NCBI GenBank assembly: GCA_963769935.1
Contig: CAVYNY010000013.1
Span: 160,001-224,000, forward strand
Length of the DNA: 64,000 bases
Source of the DNA: an uncultured delta proteobacterium
Lineage (GTDB): Bacteria; Desulfobacterota; Desulfobacteria; Desulfobacterales; JAFDCJ01
Reading direction: 5' to 3'
Part shown: in pieces, positions 1 through 9,691 of the stretch
How the letters are laid out: each line of letters opens with the position of its first letter
How positions within the stretch are numbered: the first letter of the stretch is position 1
The notes under the pieces: model-generated
Told to the model about the DNA's origin: nothing
Database searches by the model: none
Seen by the model: only the letters and a program-made list of their open reading frames with translations
Position numbers and translations under genes: made by a program

Positions 1-34
1 TTCGTATTGTTTTCACCGGTGTGTCCGGCCTGCA

Positions 35-376
35 TTATTCTATGTTTGCGCCGACAACAGCGGCCATTTGCAGCATGTTGATCGTCTGGCCCACCTTCAG
101 GTTTGTAAGGTCGGTGAGCTTGCCTGATTTGCTTTTTGATTTTGTGTTTTTGAAGATCGGGAGCAAACGATCATCCGCCACAATGAACTTGCCTGCGTTC
201 TCGGGCTTTCCATTTTCAGCCTTTGTCTGAAGCTTATTCGCTTTAATATAGTCCCATAGTTTTTTGTTTATCTCTGTCCTGGGAAGTTCGGTTGCACCCA
301 GAAGCTCCGCCAGCTCCTTTTTCAGCTTTACCGGTTTCATCAATCCTTTTGCTTCTGCCATTTTTAACTCCTTCAT
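35..376 (-). CDS. Stand-alone SWIB/MDM2-domain protein
   Basis: KGLMKPVKLKKELAELLG..LPRTEINKKLWDYIKANKLQ is a SWIB-type signature; true start may be MAEAK at 361. Confidence 0.8.
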   Translation of the reverse strand: MKELKMAEAKGLMKPVKLKKELAELLGATELPRTEINKKLWDYIKANKLQTKAENGKPENAGKFIVADDRLLPIFKNTKSKSKSGKLTDLTNLKVGQTINMLQMAAVVGANIE

Positions 377-514
377 GTTTAGATTTAGTGGTTTATTTAT
401 TGCATTTTTTAGGTCACATACGCCCCGGCTTACAGATGATGGTCAAAAAGTAGCTCCAATCCCTGTGCAGCCTGTTGTTATGAGCTTTTACACTCCTCAC
501 GGCCAATCGCAAAT

Positions 515-718
515 TCATTTATTGTCTGAGGTTTCCTTGCTTTTGTTCGGTGAAGGCTCGTCACTGCCGTACACCTCAACATAGGCGTTATGCGACATGC
601 AACCTTTTTTCCAGTGATTCCTCACTTTCTTGCCGATAAAGGAATCTGGATATTTGCGCCCAATGTTGCAGCCAGGGCAGATATTGCTCCATCCCGCCAG
701 CACTTTTTTCATTTCCAT
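515..718 (-). CDS. Small hypothetical protein with CPGC and CxxH motifs
   Basis: 67-aa ORF with an AAGGA RBS; possible metal ligands. Confidence 0.55.
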   Translation of the reverse strand: MEMKKVLAGWSNICPGCNIGRKYPDSFIGKKVRNHWKKGCMSHNAYVEVYGSDEPSPNKSKETSDNK

Positions 719-1332
719 TTTCGCATCCTTTCAGCAGGCGCACTCGCCTGCCGTAATTTTTGAACTGGGAAATTATAGCCGTTATGAGCACATTACATTG
801 GCAAGATTCAAACACAAAATATCTTCATCCAATTAAAAAGCAGGACCATTTCTGACCCTGCCGGATTTTTGCCTCCAAAGGTGCCGTTATTCACAGAGAA
901 GATGCACGCACACCCAAGAAGAGGCTTAAATGCCGCCCAAACATTCCTTTTTAAAATGTAACCTTTGGCGGCCATTAGCCAGCGCATGGTTTATTAGGGT
1001 TTATCGAAGTTGGGTGGCAATAATTATAATATAAGGTATGCACGAATAATGTAAAGTCAATAAAATACAGTGGATTTCCTAGTAAAGGCTAAAAGCTACT
1101 CCCACCTATCAGTGGCCTAATGTCTAACAATGACCCAAGATTTCATGATGTTTTAGACTAGGTTTCAAGTGTTGCGCCTTGCGCCGTGAACCCTTTGCCG
1201 TGCACCTTACCTTTCGCCCACTCAATCCGCAATCTGCAGTCGGATGATTCCCACTTCTGCATTCCACCTTCCGGATGTTTCTTTACTCTATGCGCTATGC
1301 GCTCTGCCCGATGCGCTTTATTCCACCTTCCA

Positions 1333-2160
1333 TCATCCTTGCTTATGCTCGTAGATATGCACGTCCCGCTGCGGGAACGGGATGCTGACGCCCTGGGCAT
1401 CAAACTGCTTTTTGACATTTTCGATGGTATCGAAGTAAAAAGACCAGTAATCAGCCGCCGAAGTCCAGGCGCGTACCGTGAGGTTGACGCTGCTGTCGGC
1501 CAGTTCTGAAACGACGATTGCCGGCTCCGGCTCTTTCATAACGCGCTCATCCTGATCGATAATCTCTTTGATAATGCCGCGGGCCTTGTCGATATCATCC
1601 CCATAGCTGATACCGAAAACAAAATCCACCCGGCGGGTTCCCTTGACGTTAAAATTCGTAATATTGTCCCCGGTTAGTTTGGCGTTCGGAATGATGATGG
1701 TTTTGTTATCCGGCGTTTTCAGCTGAGTCGTAAATATCTCAATCTTTTCGACGGTTCCGGCCACCCCCCCGCCCTCGATGAAATCTCCCACTTTAAATGG
1801 TTTGAAGATGATCATCAGCACACCGGCCGCAAAATTTCCCAGCGACCCCTGCAAGGCCAGGCCGATAGCGAGGCCGGCGGCGCCCACAACGGCAATAAAG
1901 GATGCGGTTTGAATACCCAGCTGATTTAAGGCGGCGATGACGACAAAAGCCAGCAGGCCGACATAACTCAAATGCCGGACAAATGACACCAGGGTCTCAT
2001 CCAACTTGCTCTTGAGCATGATGCGCTCGATGATCTTGGCCACCATTAGGGCCACCCAGCGCCCCAGGATAAAAATAACGATGGCGGCGATGACTCTTAA
2101 TCCATAAACAGTCAACAAGCCGTAAACGGTATTCAACAATTTGGAAAAATCCAAATCCAT
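1333..2160 (-). CDS. mscS: Small-conductance mechanosensitive channel
   Basis: GAAGLAIGLALQGSLGNFAAG, PFKVGDFI and IPFPQRDVH motifs; GGAGG RBS. Confidence 0.95.
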   Translation of the reverse strand: MDLDFSKLLNTVYGLLTVYGLRVIAAIVIFILGRWVALMVAKIIERIMLKSKLDETLVSFVRHLSYVGLLAFVVIAALNQLGIQTASFIAVVGAAGLAIGLALQGSLGNFAAGVLMIIFKPFKVGDFIEGGGVAGTVEKIEIFTTQLKTPDNKTIIIPNAKLTGDNITNFNVKGTRRVDFVFGISYGDDIDKARGIIKEIIDQDERVMKEPEPAIVVSELADSSVNLTVRAWTSAADYWSFYFDTIENVKKQFDAQGVSIPFPQRDVHIYEHKQG

Positions 2161-2474
2161 TTTTCAGCCTCCTTTGCTTAAATGTGTGACAGGTGATTTG
2201 CTTCTCATGATGAGATATCGACGAATTTTGAAAGGAACAGCCACCACTCCCAATCTGGCAGATATGTAATTACGTGAAAAATAAATCGCTTCTGAGGAAT
2301 TGCAAGCCATGGTTGAAATTATAATCAAAAACCGCGGCCGTCCATACCGGCATCAACGCAATGCCAATTCAATTTGATTTAAGTAATTTTTAATATTGCC
2401 GATATAAAGAATCAGGTAATCTAACTCGATACTGAATGGGCTATTTTTCAGGGCGGAGTAATTAAGGAAAAAAA

Positions 2475-3590
2475 ATGGGAACAGACCTAATCGGAATAAG
2501 CGCAAATATTGAAAAAATAAAGCAGCAAATTTTACAGGTTGCCCAAACCGGTCTTAACACGATAGTCTGCGGTGAAACCGGGGTCGGTAAAGAGCTTGTG
2601 GTTAAGATGCTGTTCGAACAATCGCCCCGGTTCGGCAAACCCTTTGTGAAAGTCAACTGTGCTGCCCTGCCGGATACGCTGCTGGAAAGCGAAATGTTCG
2701 GCTATGAACAGGGGGCCTTTACCGGGGCGGTTCGAAAGATGCGCGGTAAATTTGAACAGGCCAACGGGGGGCTGCTGTTTCTGGATGAAATCGGCGACAT
2801 GCCTTTTGCACTTCAGGCCAAACTTCTGCACGCTCTGCAGGACGGTGAATTCACCCCGCTGGGCTCTGAAAATATCTTTCGCAGCAATGTGTGGATTATC
2901 GCTGCGACCAACCACGATCTACAAAAGGACCTCAAGGAAGAAAATTTCCGCGCCGATCTTTATTACCGAATAAATGAGACGACCATTTTTATCGAGCCGC
3001 TGCGCAATCGACCGGAGGATATCCCATTTCTAATCAAATACTATGCCGACAAGTACGTCATGCAATTCAACAAAAAGCAGCCGGGCGCCATCAGCTGCGA
3101 AATAATTGACCGCCTTTGCCGATACAACTGGCCGGGCAATGTTCGGGAACTTCAGAATGTGCTCCGAAGGCTCATTCTGCTCAATGAAGACGCAGAGGCC
3201 TTCGAATCGATGCTCGGCGGCAACGTCAATGGCAACCGAAATGGGCGCACGCCTGTCCACGGTGAGCCGGAACCTCACTGGATTAATTTTTTGGGGCTCA
3301 ACGGTGAAGAGCCTAAACTAAAATCCTTGTCTTTGAAAGAGATCGGCAAAAAAACATCGGACTTTGTTGAAAAACAGGTGATTTCTTATGTTCTTGACCG
3401 GACCGGCTGGAACCGCAGCAGAGCCAATAAAATCCTGGGCATCAGCTATAAGACCCTGCTGTCCAAAATTCAAGACCTGGAACTGAAACCCGAACACCCG
3501 CTTAATGACCCATCGATTTTAGATCCAGCCCCCTTAACGGCGGATAAAGCCGGTCTGAAGCACAGTCCCAGGATGTCATCGGTTTGGTGA
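2475..3590 (+). CDS. Sigma-54 enhancer-binding protein lacking an N-terminal sensor domain
   Basis: GETGVGKE, GAFTGA, LFLDEIGDM, WPGNVREL and a C-terminal Fis-type HTH. Confidence 0.93.
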   Translation: MGTDLIGISANIEKIKQQILQVAQTGLNTIVCGETGVGKELVVKMLFEQSPRFGKPFVKVNCAALPDTLLESEMFGYEQGAFTGAVRKMRGKFEQANGGLLFLDEIGDMPFALQAKLLHALQDGEFTPLGSENIFRSNVWIIAATNHDLQKDLKEENFRADLYYRINETTIFIEPLRNRPEDIPFLIKYYADKYVMQFNKKQPGAISCEIIDRLCRYNWPGNVRELQNVLRRLILLNEDAEAFESMLGGNVNGNRNGRTPVHGEPEPHWINFLGLNGEEPKLKSLSLKEIGKKTSDFVEKQVISYVLDRTGWNRSRANKILGISYKTLLSKIQDLELKPEHPLNDPSILDPAPLTADKAGLKHSPRMSSVW

Positions 3591-3794
3591 CATCGGACTC
3601 GGTCCTAAACAGAATGTAATTAATCCACCGGATCATCAATGAACAATTTTCTTCAATTTTCAAAGAAAAATATGCGCAGCATAAAGTAATCAAGCCGCCG
3701 GGGCTTCGATCAAACACATTTCTTCGGTCTTCCGAGAACCAAATCCAACACTGACACTGAATCGCCTATTAACGCTGCTTTGTCATATTACGGA

Positions 3795-4619
3795 TTATTT
3801 ATATGTTTCAGCCGCTGCAAACCCGTGCCGCCGGGCGAGTCTTTCGAACATTTGGGCAAGCCCGGTCCCTAGATTGAAAACGGAGCCGATAGAAAGATTC
3901 TCGTCGGCGGTGTCGTCGAAAAAAACATTAAGAGTAGACGCCAGGCCGTCTTCCGGCAGCCGGTAGCATATCATCATCGGCACTCTGGGCAGGGGATTAA
4001 GAACCACGGAAATATCGGATTCGAACTGTCTTGCCACCTGCTTGCCGCCGAAAATTCGAACCAGGTCGTCAAAAAGTTCGGTATAGGCATCTGCAATCCG
4101 CTTCATTGGCGCTTCACATCGTTTCTGAAAAAGCGGGTAGCGCTCTTGGCCCTCTCTTAGCTCCCGGAACGACATCCAGTGGCCCGACGGCGTCAGCCCT
4201 TTACCGTTAACGATGTAATCAAGAAAGGGAATGGCCACCCAGGGATTGATATGGATGTCTGCGGCCAGGTGGCCCTTGGTATCAACACTGAAGTTCCTGC
4301 CAAGTATCTTGAGGGTCAGCCTTTCGCCCGAGTATTGACCCCCGACTCTCCCGGCGGCCGCCTCAAGGTCAAGACCGGCGATCGCTTTTCTCATCGTTTT
4401 CAGATATTCATCCCGGTTCTGTTCGGCGCTGCGTTTATTTTGCGGTCCGCCTGAAAACCGGTCGATGATGGCCTGCGCCAGTTTCGGGCAGCGATCGATC
4501 TTTTTTTGATCTTTGAAAACCGCGCCGGCAAATGCCAGGCAGGTCTTTTCTCCGCATTCCCGGCAATTGGATTTGTCGAGCAGCAAAAAAATTTCCATGG
4601 CGTTTTTGGGATGCGGCAT
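3795..4619 (-). CDS. Fe-S cluster-binding domain + DUF3786 protein
   Basis: N-terminal NCRECGEKTCLAFA...CP motif followed by a DUF3786-like body. Confidence 0.8.
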   Translation of the reverse strand: MPHPKNAMEIFLLLDKSNCRECGEKTCLAFAGAVFKDQKKIDRCPKLAQAIIDRFSGGPQNKRSAEQNRDEYLKTMRKAIAGLDLEAAAGRVGGQYSGERLTLKILGRNFSVDTKGHLAADIHINPWVAIPFLDYIVNGKGLTPSGHWMSFRELREGQERYPLFQKRCEAPMKRIADAYTELFDDLVRIFGGKQVARQFESDISVVLNPLPRVPMMICYRLPEDGLASTLNVFFDDTADENLSIGSVFNLGTGLAQMFERLARRHGFAAAETYK

Positions 4620-4894
4620 AGAAAAACTTCCCCTTTATTCTTACATTAAAAACCTGGTTCCTTAGCCCAGGTCAGAAAAAATTGGCTGTGCATCATAAGA
4701 TTGTCGTGGAAAGATGAAATATTGGAACGTTGGAATACTGGATTTGGCGGACTGAGATCTATTTTTCTTTAGATGGCAGTGAGCAGCAAATAAAATCAGG
4801 AAATCATCCGCTTTCCACCCCAATATTCCATTATTCCACCATTCCATTCCTGTTATTTTTCATTTTTATTACCCCCCCATGGAGGATCGGATAT

Positions 4895-4954
4895 CAAAAA
4901 AAGAGGTGCCCGGTCAAATCAAAAACGAAATTAACCGGGCACCTGATTTTTTTT
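4895..4954. terminator. Bidirectional intrinsic terminator-like hairpin
   Basis: aggtgcccggt/accgggcacct stem flanked by an A-run and a T-run. Confidence 0.6.
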
Positions 4955-5046
4955 ACATTATTATTGGGCCGATGGCCTAGTGCCGCCGTTGCCGGGCGTT
5001 TGGATATTTTGCAGGGCGCAGAGAGCGTTATCTCTCAAATCAGCTG

Positions 5047-5511
5047 CTACATTAGTCTTATGATCACCAGCACTAAAATGACGATGACCAAAACAACAAT
5101 GGCCAATCCCAAGATATCCCCCCCGGCGGGCAGTTGATTAATCTGGTCCGCGAGTTGGATAACTTCGGCATCCGTTAGACTGTTAAGCCGGGCGTCCGCC
5201 TCAGCGGGAGCAACGCCCTGGGCCACGATCGCAGACCTCACATCTTCGCGTGCCATGAATTGCCTTAAAGTTTCACGAGCCTCATGGCTGCGGCTCATGT
5301 CCAGCATTGACTCTGTTCCAACCAGCGCAGCGACAGCCGGTTGATAAGGGACCGACAACAGAAGCGTTAAAATTGTCATGAAAATAGCGACTGGTTGGGC
5401 TTTCCTTCTAATTGGATGCATGCTCTTCCTCCTAAGTAATCCGCCCTGAAAAATCGCACTTTCAAGGCTATTTGGGGTTCTTTGAAAAGGAAACATCGCC
5501 GGTATTAACAA
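5047..5511 (-). CDS. PA2779-family exported/membrane protein
   Basis: Signal peptide, REDVR..GV..EA.ARL.SLTDAE..LA.QI.QLPAGGD and hydrophobic C-terminus; likely start MHPIRR near 5421. Confidence 0.8.
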   Translation of the reverse strand: MLIPAMFPFQRTPNSLESAIFQGGLLRRKSMHPIRRKAQPVAIFMTILTLLLSVPYQPAVAALVGTESMLDMSRSHEARETLRQFMAREDVRSAIVAQGVAPAEADARLNSLTDAEVIQLADQINQLPAGGDILGLAIVVLVIVILVLVIIRLM

Positions 5512-5707
5512 ACAGCGACCAAAATCAGCTAAAAAAAGGGCGATGAAACCGTCTTCGAGCCGGACGTTTTTCCACGTTCCGGCAGGGTTTTCACCGCATA
5601 TTTTTACTTATAATCAGAACATAAATTTTGCTAAATTTCAACAAAACTTTTTTATCTAGTTGAATTTAAAAGGAAAGCCTTTAAGATTGAGGAGGCTGCA
5701 GCGAAGG

Positions 5708-6181
5708 TTATTTAAGAAATTCGCGAATTTTTTTGTCCAAATATGCCACCGGAGGTTTTCCGCGCAACCGTTCAGTAATCTTTCCCTGTTTAATAAACAG
5801 CAGCATCGGTATGGCGTTGAGGTTATACTTGGGTATGGCCTTTTCGCCATACCAGTATATAGGGAAATCAATTCTCAGTTGATTTACAATAGGCTGCATA
5901 GCCTCCGGCCCTTCCAGGTCGATGCTGACACCGATTAAATCGAAACCCTGGTTTTTATATTTGTTATGGAGCCTGTTTAAATCCGGCAGTTCCTGAATGC
6001 AGGGTCGGCACCAGGAAGCCATGAAAACAATCACAATTCGATTGTCGCCGGCCCCAATTATCTCATCCAAGGCCGCTTCTTCAATTTTCCTGATGGTGAC
6101 GTTCGTTTCAGCATGAACGGAAAAGGGAGTGAAAAAGACAATCTGCAAAACAGCCATGGCATAAAAAAATGAATATCGCAT
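5708..6181 (-). CDS. TlpA-like thiol:disulfide oxidoreductase
   Basis: Signal peptide, FMASWCRPCIQELP active site, cis-Pro AIP. Confidence 0.9.
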   Translation of the reverse strand: MRYSFFYAMAVLQIVFFTPFSVHAETNVTIRKIEEAALDEIIGAGDNRIVIVFMASWCRPCIQELPDLNRLHNKYKNQGFDLIGVSIDLEGPEAMQPIVNQLRIDFPIYWYGEKAIPKYNLNAIPMLLFIKQGKITERLRGKPPVAYLDKKIREFLK

Positions 6182-6417
6182 ATGATTTTAGTCTTTTAGA
6201 ATATGAGTTTGCCACGAATGGACACGGATAACCACGAATTATGGGAATAGGCAAAAGCAGGGTCATTTATACCGAAAAATAAATTCGTGAAAATTCGTGT
6301 TAATTTGTGGCTTTTTCAAACAGCTAAAATGTTACAAAACCGCTAATTTAACTCTAAGCCCTATGCGGCCTGCTCTATGCGCATTGCCTCGCACCCCGCC
6401 CCCCGCAACCCGTAACC

Positions 6418-7017
6418 CTATTTGTTCATCTGCTCCAGGGCCGTCGCACAGTACTCCAAGTCGGGCCGCTTATTAATATCATTGACCTGAATATCTCGGA
6501 TAACACCTTTTTTATCAATGAAAAACAGGGCTCTTTCAGAAACACCATCGGATCGCAAAACGCCGTAGCGGGATGCCACCTGCCCATGCGGCCAGAAATC
6601 CGACAACACCGGAAACCATAGCTTGCCCATCTGACGGGTCCAGGCATACAGCGTTGGAATGTTGTCGACTGTTATGCCGAGCAGAACGGCATCGTTCCTA
6701 TCGAACATATCTTTGACGATGTTGTATCCCGGCCATTGATCGGAGCAAACCGGCGTCCAGGCGGCCGGTACAAATGAAATCACCACATTTTTCTTTCCGC
6801 GATACCGGCTTAAGGCAATTTTCTGCCCGGAAACAGAAGGCAGTTCAAAGTCGGGCGCCGCATCGCCGATTTTAACCTTCAATTTGCTGTCAATGGGTTT
6901 AAGCGGCCCCGGGTTATAGATATTGTCCTTAAAAGCGGCCGATGCACCCCATGCCGGCGTAAACGGTAAGGTCGCCATCAGGCCCGCAAAGATAAATAAA
7001 ACGATTGATGTTTTCAT
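6418..7017 (-). CDS. Exported peroxiredoxin-like (AhpC/TSA, AhpE-like) protein
   Basis: GDAAPDFEL, PAAWTPVC, LSDFWPHG and SERALF motifs. Confidence 0.88.
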   Translation of the reverse strand: MKTSIVLFIFAGLMATLPFTPAWGASAAFKDNIYNPGPLKPIDSKLKVKIGDAAPDFELPSVSGQKIALSRYRGKKNVVISFVPAAWTPVCSDQWPGYNIVKDMFDRNDAVLLGITVDNIPTLYAWTRQMGKLWFPVLSDFWPHGQVASRYGVLRSDGVSERALFFIDKKGVIRDIQVNDINKRPDLEYCATALEQMNK

Positions 7018-7128
7018 GGATCACCTCCATATCCGGACAAGCCGGAATTGAATATTGAAAATTGAATATCTAATATTTATTGATAGAATTCCTTAAGTCA
7101 TCAATCTTCAATCATCAATAGTCAATCA

Positions 7129-7707
7129 CTACAGCCCCGAACCCGCCAACAGCATCTTCATCAATTCATCGGCACTATTGGCACCGCCGAGTTTCGAATA
7201 GTAGATTTTATAGGCGCCTTCGCCCAAGATCCGAATTCCGATATAATACGGAGTCCTCACCTCTCCCAGTTTTTTATGGATTTCAAAATCACCATCCGGA
7301 AAGAGCGGAAACGGAATATTGTATACTTTTTTAAAGTAGCCGACTTCAAAAGCTGAATTGCCGGCGCCGATGCCGATGAGTTTGACTTTGCCTTTGAGCC
7401 GCTCGCTGCTTTCGATCCGGCGATACATTTCATTGACAGAAGGAGCCTCCTTCTGGCAGAAGGGTCAGTACATGCTGAAAATTTCGATGAGCACGACCTC
7501 GGCTTTGATCTCGGGGATGGTAAAGGTTTCTTGGCCGCCGATCCCCAGATATTGCCGCAGTTCGATGTCCTGGGGTGCAGGAAGAATAATTTCAGGCAGC
7601 TTGCCCCCTGCCGCCGGAGGTTGCGAAGCCGAGTCGGCCAATCCGGCGAAGGCGAATAAAAAAAGGCAGGCTGCCATGCCCAACACCATCTTTGAATACA
7701 ATTTCAT
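7129..7707 (-). CDS. Thioredoxin-fold selenoprotein with UxxC site (192 aa, UGA at 7465-7467)
   Basis: Two ORF-track pieces are in frame across ATG TAC TGA CCC TTC TGC = M-Y-U-P-F-C; hairpin right after the UGA. Confidence 0.88.
7437..7455 (-). promoter_or_regulatory. Candidate bacterial SECIS hairpin
   Basis: CAGAAGGAG-G-CTCCTTCTG on the minus strand, 9 nt after the UGA, with a G-containing apex. Confidence 0.65.
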
Positions 7708-8107
7708 TGGATTCGGATCTCCTTAATTTTAATTGGAACCTATGCCTCCACCGGGAAAAATTAAGGTGGTGAAAAGGTCACATGATCGTAAGCGGCCGGT
7801 GTTCATAAATATAGGGCGCTATCCACTGCGGGTCAAATAATTTGAAGCGCTGCGAATTAATTTGTGCTTCGACAGGATACCTTAATTATTCCGCCCGGGC
7901 AACATCAAGTATCTGCATCCGTTTCGATTGAACGACTCTGTTTTATCCAAAGCTGGTACCGCTATTTTTCGAGACGGAGTAATTAAATCCTTAAAAAATT
8001 TCTTTTAAACGGCGAAATACTCTGGTAAGGTGCGTCACGTTTTGTCCGAATCCAGGCTGTAAAAGGTCATTCGAAATGGAATAATCAAAGGCTGAGGGAG
8101 CGACTCC

Positions 8108-9673
8108 ATGGCACGGATGAGAATTTCTGCGACGGTTTTTGGGTTGGCAATTCTGGTATTTTCCATAGCGGTTTTCGCCTCCGACAAGACGCCTACCGAG
8201 CAGTCGGCAATAATGCCGGCGGCAACCGATCATCAGAGTGAAACTGCCCCGCCCGATTCAGCACTCCACGGCAACGAGAGCACGGCCGAAGGCCATGGCC
8301 CATCCGGCGAGGGCCAAGCAGCGGGCCATGCGGATCTGGGAGAAATTCTTCCCTTGTGGAGCTGCATTCCATTTGCCGGCATGCTTCTTTCCATTGCCCT
8401 CTGCCCGCTCTTAATGCCGAATTTCTGGCACCATCACTTCGGCAAGGTTTCCGCATTCTGGGCGGCCGCGATCGGTATACCGTTTTTAATCGCTTTCAAA
8501 GGCGACGCCCTCCATGAGATTCTCCACATAATACTGGCGGATTACGTTCCTTTTATAATCCTGTTATGGTCACTTTACACTGTCTCCGGAGGCATTCTGC
8601 TGCGCGGTGCACTGCGCGGCACGCCCGTCGTAAATTTGTGCATTCTGATCATCGGGACAATTCTGGCTTCCTGGATGGGCACCACCGGTGCCGCCATGCT
8701 TCTGATCCGGCCTTTTCTGCGGGCCAACAATTATCGCAAAAACAGAACCTTCATGGTGGTTTTTTTCATCTTTCTGGTGGCCAATGTCGGCGGATCGTTG
8801 ACTCCGCTGGGCGACCCGCCGCTTTTTTTAGGATTTTTGCACGGGGTGTCATTCTTCTGGACCTTGAATATCCTGCCCCTGATGCTGACGGTTGTGGTTA
8901 TTCTTTTGGTGATTTATTTTATTATTGATACTTACTATTACCGCAAGGAAGGTGTTTCGGCTCCCGAGGAGAACGGAGTCAAGGAGCCTTTGAAATTGGA
9001 TGGAGTATACAACTTTATTTTTCTGGCGGGTATTGTGGGTGCCGTTCTGATGAGCGGCATGGTAGACTGGGGCCATTTCAACACTTTCGGCGTACTCCGT
9101 GCCGGCCAGGATTGGGTTCGTGACGGGCTGCTGATTTTTATGGGAATCCTGTCATTGCTGTTCACTCCGGTCAGATTGAGAGAAGACAACGACTTTACCT
9201 GGTTTCCCATCCTCGAAGTAGCCTATCTTTTCGTCGGGATTTTCATCACCATGCTCCCTTGTCTGCTGATTCTCAAGGCCGGACCGAATGGGGAGCTGGC
9301 GTTTTTGATCAACAACGTAACCCGGCCCGCCCATTATTATTGGGTAACCGGCGCCCTATCCAGTTTTCTCGACAATGCACCGACTTATCTTACATTTTTT
9401 AACAGTGCCTTGGGCAGTTTTTATTCCGGATTACCGGAAGTCCAATCCGTCCCGCGGTTGATGGCAGAAAATGCCGCCTATCTCAAGGCGGTTTCCGCCG
9501 GGGCCGTTTTCTTCGGGGCCTGCAGCTATATCGGAAATGCCCCGAATTTTATGGTGCGCTCCATTTCCGAAGAGGCCGGAACACCCATGCCGAGCTTTTT
9601 CGGCTACATCCTGAAGTACTCATTATTATTTTTAATCCCAACCTTTGTGGTGGTTACCCTTATCTTTTTTTAA
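8108..9673 (+). CDS. IT-superfamily transporter (putative Na+/H+ antiporter, CitMHS-like)
   Basis: Many TM helices; ANVGGSLTPLGDPPLFLGFL, SSFLDNAPTYL and YIGNAPNFMV motifs. Confidence 0.85.
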   Translation: MARMRISATVFGLAILVFSIAVFASDKTPTEQSAIMPAATDHQSETAPPDSALHGNESTAEGHGPSGEGQAAGHADLGEILPLWSCIPFAGMLLSIALCPLLMPNFWHHHFGKVSAFWAAAIGIPFLIAFKGDALHEILHIILADYVPFIILLWSLYTVSGGILLRGALRGTPVVNLCILIIGTILASWMGTTGAAMLLIRPFLRANNYRKNRTFMVVFFIFLVANVGGSLTPLGDPPLFLGFLHGVSFFWTLNILPLMLTVVVILLVIYFIIDTYYYRKEGVSAPEENGVKEPLKLDGVYNFIFLAGIVGAVLMSGMVDWGHFNTFGVLRAGQDWVRDGLLIFMGILSLLFTPVRLREDNDFTWFPILEVAYLFVGIFITMLPCLLILKAGPNGELAFLINNVTRPAHYYWVTGALSSFLDNAPTYLTFFNSALGSFYSGLPEVQSVPRLMAENAAYLKAVSAGAVFFGACSYIGNAPNFMVRSISEEAGTPMPSFFGYILKYSLLFLIPTFVVVTLIFF

Positions 9674-9691
9674 ATCGAAAGGGATCGATCG

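Noticed and set aside
6418..7017. Second selenoprotein
   Set aside because: The active-site codon is TGC (Cys) and the frame is open
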